A stretch of 57,549 bases of DNA, counting the filler. It is 5 parts of 5 records of this genome, joined end to end, with 100 filler letters (N's around TTAATTAATTAA, not from the genome) between each part and the next. Parts side by side here need not be neighbours in the genome. Positions count along the whole stretch, not along the records: positions 45,893 to 57,549 come from SRR20825019_3162; 4 more parts are not named here. One strand, 5' to 3'. Each line of letters opens with the position of its first letter. The stretch's first letter is position 1. The position numbers and the translations under genes are program-made. This document shows, piece by piece, positions 53,330 through 57,549 of the stretch. Below the pieces are notes generated by a model that worked only from the letters and a program-made list of their open reading frames with translations, did no database searches and was not told where the DNA came from.

Positions 53330-53845
53330 TTATTGTTTCTTCATGTTCGATCTGCGCGAGAGCGCCAGACCCAGGGTCCTCAACGCTTCCCGCAGATCGT
53401 CATCTTCGACCATTTCGGTCGCCTTGCCGACCTTTGCGATTTCGCTCTGGCTCGGTTGATGAGGTTTTTGCACCTTTTGGCCTGAACCGGGGGTGAATGG
53501 CTCTGCCGACAATCTGACATCATTGACCAGCACATAGCCGAAATAGCGATTGACCGCTGCGGCAATGGCCGGCGCTTCATGCTGGGCAAACAGGGCCTGG
53601 CCCGGGGCGCAGCGCAGGAAAAGCGTGGCGCCTTCGGCCCCATGATTGCTGCGCGGCCAGCTCAATTTGTCGGGCAGGGTCGTCTGGTCGAAAGGCGGGG
53701 GCGCAATGTGGCGCCATTGGGCGATGATGTCGCGCCCGGCAAAGCCGCGCTTTTTCAGCACCGGGTCGAGCGCGCCCGAAAGCGCGTCGGAAACCGACAG
53801 CGTCTTGTTGCGGCGTTTGGGTTCGGGCAGATCGTCTTTTGCCAT
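53330..53845 (-). CDS. DUF721/DciA family protein
   Basis: ATG at 53845 follows GGAG. KRGFA...W..I, KLSWPR, GATL, QH and VNRYFGY. Usual position upstream of dsbA-smc in Hyphomicrobiales. Confidence 0.85.
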   Translation of the reverse strand: MAKDDLPEPKRRNKTLSVSDALSGALDPVLKKRGFAGRDIIAQWRHIAPPPFDQTTLPDKLSWPRSNHGAEGATLFLRCAPGQALFAQHEAPAIAAAVNRYFGYVLVNDVRLSAEPFTPGSGQKVQKPHQPSQSEIAKVGKATEMVEDDDLREALRTLGLALSRRSNMKKQ

Positions 53846-53951
53846 GCTCCAGATATCGCCCGTGATGCTTGAAGCACAAGCCCAACCGGCCAATGTCGAA
53901 ATCCTGGTTGCTGTTTCGTCGCGCCGTCGGGAACATGAGGAGACATTTGAT

Positions 53952-54746
53952 ATGCCCACACTCACCTCCAAAGACGGAACGACCATCGGCTATGAGGCAA
54001 AAGGCAGTGGCCCGGTGATCATCATGGTTGCCGGCGCCACGCAATATCGCGCCGTCGATCCAACGACACCCAGGCTGATCGAGCAGCTCTCGGACCGGTT
54101 CACGATGATCAATTTTGATCGGCGGGGACGCGGGGAATCTACCGATACAGCCCCCTATGCGGTTGCGCGGGAAATCGAGGACATCGAAGCGCTGATCGAT
54201 GTGTTCGGTGGCCAGGCGGGACTTTATGGTATGTCGTCGGGCGCGGTGCTGGCTCTGGAGGCGGGCGTCGCGCTTCCGGGCAAGGTGAGGTCTGTATTGC
54301 TCTACGAACCGCCGGTTGATGTTGACCAGCCTTCAGCAGATGCCTGGAAACAGCATGCCGAAATGGCGGTGCTGGCCGATCGCGGCGAGGCGGAGGCGAT
54401 GATGAGCCTGTTCATGGGCGCGTTCATGTCACCCGAGGATTTGGCCGCGTTCAAGCAATCGCCTGCCTGGCCGGGTTTTGCTGCGGTGGGCGGCACCATC
54501 GAGCATGATTATCGGATCATGGCGGAGGCAACCGACGGCGATCGCCACCCGGCACGCTGGCAGCAGATTGGCGTGCCCGTGCTGGTGGTGAACGGCGACA
54601 GCAGTTTCCCATTTATCGATGCCGGGGCGGCCTGGGTCGCTGCGGGGGTGCCGGGCGCGCGCCGTCAAATCCTGACCGGGCAGGGGCATGATGTCAGTGT
54701 CGAGGCGATCGCACCTGTGATCGCCGAATTTTTTGGCGCGCACTGA
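53952..54746 (+). CDS. Alpha/beta fold hydrolase
   Basis: ATG at 53952 follows GAGGAG. SKDGTTI, DRRGRGES, nucleophile GMSSG, LYEPP and GQGH. Confidence 0.9.
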   Translation: MPTLTSKDGTTIGYEAKGSGPVIIMVAGATQYRAVDPTTPRLIEQLSDRFTMINFDRRGRGESTDTAPYAVAREIEDIEALIDVFGGQAGLYGMSSGAVLALEAGVALPGKVRSVLLYEPPVDVDQPSADAWKQHAEMAVLADRGEAEAMMSLFMGAFMSPEDLAAFKQSPAWPGFAAVGGTIEHDYRIMAEATDGDRHPARWQQIGVPVLVVNGDSSFPFIDAGAAWVAAGVPGARRQILTGQGHDVSVEAIAPVIAEFFGAH

Positions 54747-54771
54747 TCGTTTCAAGCGGGTATGAGGGGCT

Positions 54772-55824
54772 ATGCCCCTCGCCCATCCGCATCCCATTGA
54801 TTCAACATCCGTGCTCGCCTGGTACGATCGCCATGCGCGCGAGCTGCCCTGGCGGGTTTCGCCGGCAGACCGGCGCCAGGGCGTTCGGCCCGATCCCTTT
54901 CGGGTATGGCTGAGCGAAGTGATGTTGCAGCAGACCACGGTGGCGGCCGTGAAGGCCTATTTTGTGCGTTTCACCACGCTCTGGCCCAGTGTGCAGGATC
55001 TGGCGGCCACACCGCTCGACACCGTGCTGCGCGAATGGGCCGGGCTTGGCTATTACGCCAGGGCGCGCAATCTGCATGCCTGTGCCAGGGCCGTGGTGGC
55101 GGAGCATGGCGGGGTGTTTCCCGACAGTGCCGCCGGCCTGCAAAGCTTGCCCGGCATCGGCGCCTATACCAGCGCCGCCATTGCCGCGATCTGCTTTGAC
55201 GAACGCGTTGCCGTGCTTGATGGCAATCTCGACCGGGTGCTGGCGCGCTACTATGCGCTGGATGTGCCGGTGCGCGAGGCCAAGGACGCATTGCGCGGCG
55301 CCCTGCAACTGGCCGTGCCCGAGCGGGCCGGGGATTTCGCCCAGGCCATGATGGATCTGGGCGCCACCATCTGTGCCCCGCGCGCCGCCATGTGTCTGGT
55401 CTGCCCCTTGCACGATGGCTGCGAAGCCCGGCAGCAGGGCGAGCCGACGCGCTATCCGATCAAGCCGGTCAAGACCGAGCGGCCGGTTCGCCGCGGCCAT
55501 GCCTTCGTGATGCGCGACGCGGTGGGCGATGTTTACCTGCAATCCCGTCCGGGCAAGGGCCTGCTCGCTGGCATGACGGAAGTGCCGACTTCAGATTGGG
55601 GCGATGCATTGGGGGAGCCGGATTTTCCTGCAGAAGGCGATTGGCACCGGCATGGACAGGTGGTCCATGTGTTCACCCATTTCCGGCTGGAACTGGAGGT
55701 GTGGTCGGCAATGGTTGCGCCTGATGGTCTCGATGCCGGCTGGTGGACGCCGCCAGAGGCCCTCAAGGGCGAGGCGCTGCCGACGCTGTTCAGGAAGGTG
55801 CTGGCGGAGGTCGGGCTCAGCTGA
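54772..55824 (+). CDS. mutY: A/G-specific adenine glycosylase
   Basis: [34 protein letters not shown], Cys cluster and NUDIX-like HVFTHF. Confidence 0.97.
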   Translation: MPLAHPHPIDSTSVLAWYDRHARELPWRVSPADRRQGVRPDPFRVWLSEVMLQQTTVAAVKAYFVRFTTLWPSVQDLAATPLDTVLREWAGLGYYARARNLHACARAVVAEHGGVFPDSAAGLQSLPGIGAYTSAAIAAICFDERVAVLDGNLDRVLARYYALDVPVREAKDALRGALQLAVPERAGDFAQAMMDLGATICAPRAAMCLVCPLHDGCEARQQGEPTRYPIKPVKTERPVRRGHAFVMRDAVGDVYLQSRPGKGLLAGMTEVPTSDWGDALGEPDFPAEGDWHRHGQVVHVFTHFRLELEVWSAMVAPDGLDAGWWTPPEALKGEALPTLFRKVLAEVGLS

Positions 55825-56356
55825 GCAGCAGGCCCATCATCACGATATCGTCGTGGACACCATCGCGCAGCAGCGCCCGGCGGCGGCGGCCTTCATGGGC
55901 GAAGCCGGTCTTTTCATAGAGTGAGATGGCCGGGGTGTTGGAGGCATAGACTTCCAGTTCCACTCGTTCGAATTGACCGCGTGCGGCGTTGAGCGCTGCA
56001 ATCACGAGCTTGGTGCCGATCCCCTTGCCGCGATGGCTGGCCAGCAGACCCATGCCAAGCCCGCCACAATGCTCCGAATCCTGCTCGTCGCTGCGGCAGA
56101 TATCGCACCAGCCCACGACATCATCTCCATCGACAGCAACGAATTGCGGGTTGCTGCTTTCAAGATTGCTGGCGATGAACTGCAGCGACCGCGCTAATGG
56201 TGGGGCCTCCGTCATGCGCAGAAACCGGCGTTCGCGCGCGACGCTGTCGAGCGCGGCGTGAAATCCCCCGGCATCGTCCAGGGTTATGGGGCGGATGGTG
56301 ACTTTGAGGCCCAGGTCGAACCTTGTATTGCGAAGGGAATACCGACCATTACTCAA
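55817..56356 (-). CDS. GNAT family N-acetyltransferase (YhhY-like); start uncertain (TTG 56356 or CTG 56314)
   Basis: VVGWCD, LGMGL...RGKGIG and LEVYASNTPAISLYEKTGF..EG. Confidence 0.88.
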   Translation of the reverse strand: MSNGRYSLRNTRFDLGLKVTIRPITLDDAGGFHAALDSVARERRFLRMTEAPPLARSLQFIASNLESSNPQFVAVDGDDVVGWCDICRSDEQDSEHCGGLGMGLLASHRGKGIGTKLVIAALNAARGQFERVELEVYASNTPAISLYEKTGFAHEGRRRRALLRDGVHDDIVMMGLLLS

Positions 56357-56993
56357 CTTGGTTTTCCCACGATTGCTGCTCGAAGCGTCGCGCGCTTATG
56401 GCTTTTTTCATGGGAGGATCATCTGCTGCAACTATGCCTAGGCTATTTTCAATCTTTCTAAGCGTGGGGACGACACCCATCACAGCGTCACAGGCAGGGT
56501 CCAATAGATGAAGTACGCTGTATGTGTACCCGCGCTTTTCATCAGGCAACAGTTTGGGAAGCCAATCCCTAACTTCTTGGCAGTCTGCGTGAAACTTGGT
56601 TATCGCGAGAATCAGATCTGGTTTGAGAATGCCCAATTTGTTTGACAGTGCCAAATAAATCGTCGGCTGAGATAAGACGCTGCGTTCTAATAAGTATTCG
56701 TCGAATTTAACGTTCGGTCTAGGTGAAAACCCTTCGTCAAAGTATGCAGTAGCTACTAGGTTCGCAATTCTGGCGACTTGCGGCCGGAGTAGTAGGATTT
56801 CACCATAGAGTGCAGCAGTGGTGGACAATGCTTCAAGTTCTCGAAGCCTGTTGTCTCGTTTGCGGTTTAAGTACGAATTGAAGAGTGCACCAAGTACAAT
56901 CGCGAAAATACCAAACACGAATGTCGTTGTTGCGCTGACGAGTGTCAGCGCGCCACCTTGCAATTCGTCCATCCACTCCACTAATGCCCCCAT
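56349..56993 (-). CDS. Hypothetical single-TM protein, low GC
   Basis: 214-aa ORF from the ATG at 56993. N-terminal hydrophobic helix followed by NRKRDNRLRE. Clearly more AT-rich than its flanks. Confidence 0.7.
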   Translation of the reverse strand: MGALVEWMDELQGGALTLVSATTTFVFGIFAIVLGALFNSYLNRKRDNRLRELEALSTTAALYGEILLLRPQVARIANLVATAYFDEGFSPRPNVKFDEYLLERSVLSQPTIYLALSNKLGILKPDLILAITKFHADCQEVRDWLPKLLPDEKRGYTYSVLHLLDPACDAVMGVVPTLRKIENSLGIVAADDPPMKKAISARRFEQQSWENQVE

Positions 56994-57032
56994 TTCCCGC
57001 CCCCAACAGCTTTGAATGGGTGACAATATAAC

Positions 57033-57065
57033 AAACAAAAAGGCCGCCGGGGCAAACCGGCGGCC
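57033..57065 (-). terminator. Rho-independent terminator of ccrM
   Basis: 9-bp stem GGCCGCCGG/CCGGCGGCC (57042-57065) followed by a T-rich tract on the minus strand. Confidence 0.85.
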
Positions 57066-57101
57066 AGTTCTTAGAGCCTGTGAGCTGATTGGAGGTCAGG
57101 A

Positions 57102-57548
57102 TCAGGCAGAAAGCAAATCAAGTTTTTGACGAATGTCGGCGCGCAAAGTGTCGATCGGCTCCATTCGTCCGGATTGTTCGTGGTGCCAGAAGGTCCACCC
57201 GTTGCATGACTCGGACCCCTGAACCAGCGCGCCGACCCTGTGGATCGACCCCTGGTGTGGACCCGAGACGAGCGAGCCGTCTGCACGAACCATGGCGGAG
57301 AAACGTCGGCCGGCGTCGAAAAGTTGCGTGCCCACATCGAGTACTCCCTGTTCGACCAGCGAACCGAAGGGAATGCGGGTTTCCTTGCGCTTGGGCGTCA
57401 CCGATTGCAGCGCTTCGAAGACGCCCGGGCGAATGGTGGCGATGCGCTGGCGGGCACCGGCGATATAGTCGGGCTCACGCTCGATGCCGATGAAATGGCG
57501 GCCCAGCTTTCGGGCCACCGCGCCGGTGGTGCCGGTGCCAAAGAACGG
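57102..57548 (-). CDS. ccrM: Cell-cycle-regulated GANTC adenine DNA methyltransferase, C-terminal part (5' end outside window)
   Basis: PFFGTGTTGAVARKLGRHFIGIERE (motif I), and a C-terminal domain with VRADGSL, GSIH and CNGWTFW. Located near mutY, as in Alphaproteobacteria. Confidence 0.9.
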   Translation of the reverse strand, partial: PFFGTGTTGAVARKLGRHFIGIEREPDYIAGARQRIATIRPGVFEALQSVTPKRKETRIPFGSLVEQGVLDVGTQLFDAGRRFSAMVRADGSLVSGPHQGSIHRVGALVQGSESCNGWTFWHHEQSGRMEPIDTLRADIRQKLDLLSA

Positions 57549-57549
57549 G

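Noticed and set aside
45133-55824. Two mutY genes, a possible duplication
   Set aside because: They lie on different contigs from different classes (gamma- and alphaproteobacterial).
57102-57548. DNA methyltransferase plus adjacent orphan as a restriction-modification pair
   Set aside because: The MTase has the CcrM-specific C-terminal domain and its own terminator, and the orphan has a TM helix and no recognisable nuclease motif.

Overview
The window is not one locus. It is five unrelated contigs joined by artificial 100-nt spacers (44 N + TTAATTAATTAA + 44 N). (1) 1-10962 is a GC-rich Hyphomicrobiales (Devosia-like) contig. It holds the end of a sugar TIM-barrel/GMC oxidoreductase operon, an MFS remnant, a leucyl aminopeptidase and a GcvA-like LysR. 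The LysR is divergent from an uncharacterised, tightly coupled operon: VOC protein, DUF885-like metalloprotein (HEVYPGH), ketopantoate-reductase-like protein, Gfo/Idh/MocA oxidoreductase, a second DUF885-like protein with a Glu-to-His motif swap (HHGSIGHH), and a peptide ABC ATPase. This operon is the best candidate for an undescribed system. (2) 11063-17759 is an AT-rich Flavobacteriaceae-type contig: DUF1573, valS, and ftsH-LUD-cdsA-psd-ACBP. (3) 17860-34836 is a compact eukaryotic contig, probably from a flagellated protist, with ~50-nt GT-AG introns. It encodes a kinesin, an FHA-coiled-coil-RING E3 ligase, an IQ-motif polycystin-2-like channel, a PhyH-like Fe/2OG enzyme with HGG in place of HxD and a 10-nt microexon, and an LRR-CCHCR1-like fusion. 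Very GC-rich divergent intergenic islands carry E2F-type sites and a candidate small structured RNA. (4) 34937-45792 is a Marinobacter-like housekeeping contig: gpmI-envC-ctpA-yibQ, hisBHAF, SRPBCC, asmA-mutY. (5) 45893-57549 is a Devosia-like contig: atpIBE, Sel1 protein, smc, DsbA with a Met-rich repeat tail, DUF721, hydrolase, mutY, GNAT, a low-GC orphan and ccrM. No CRISPR array, tRNA, rRNA or transposase was seen. Family and taxon assignments come from motif recognition by eye, not database searches.
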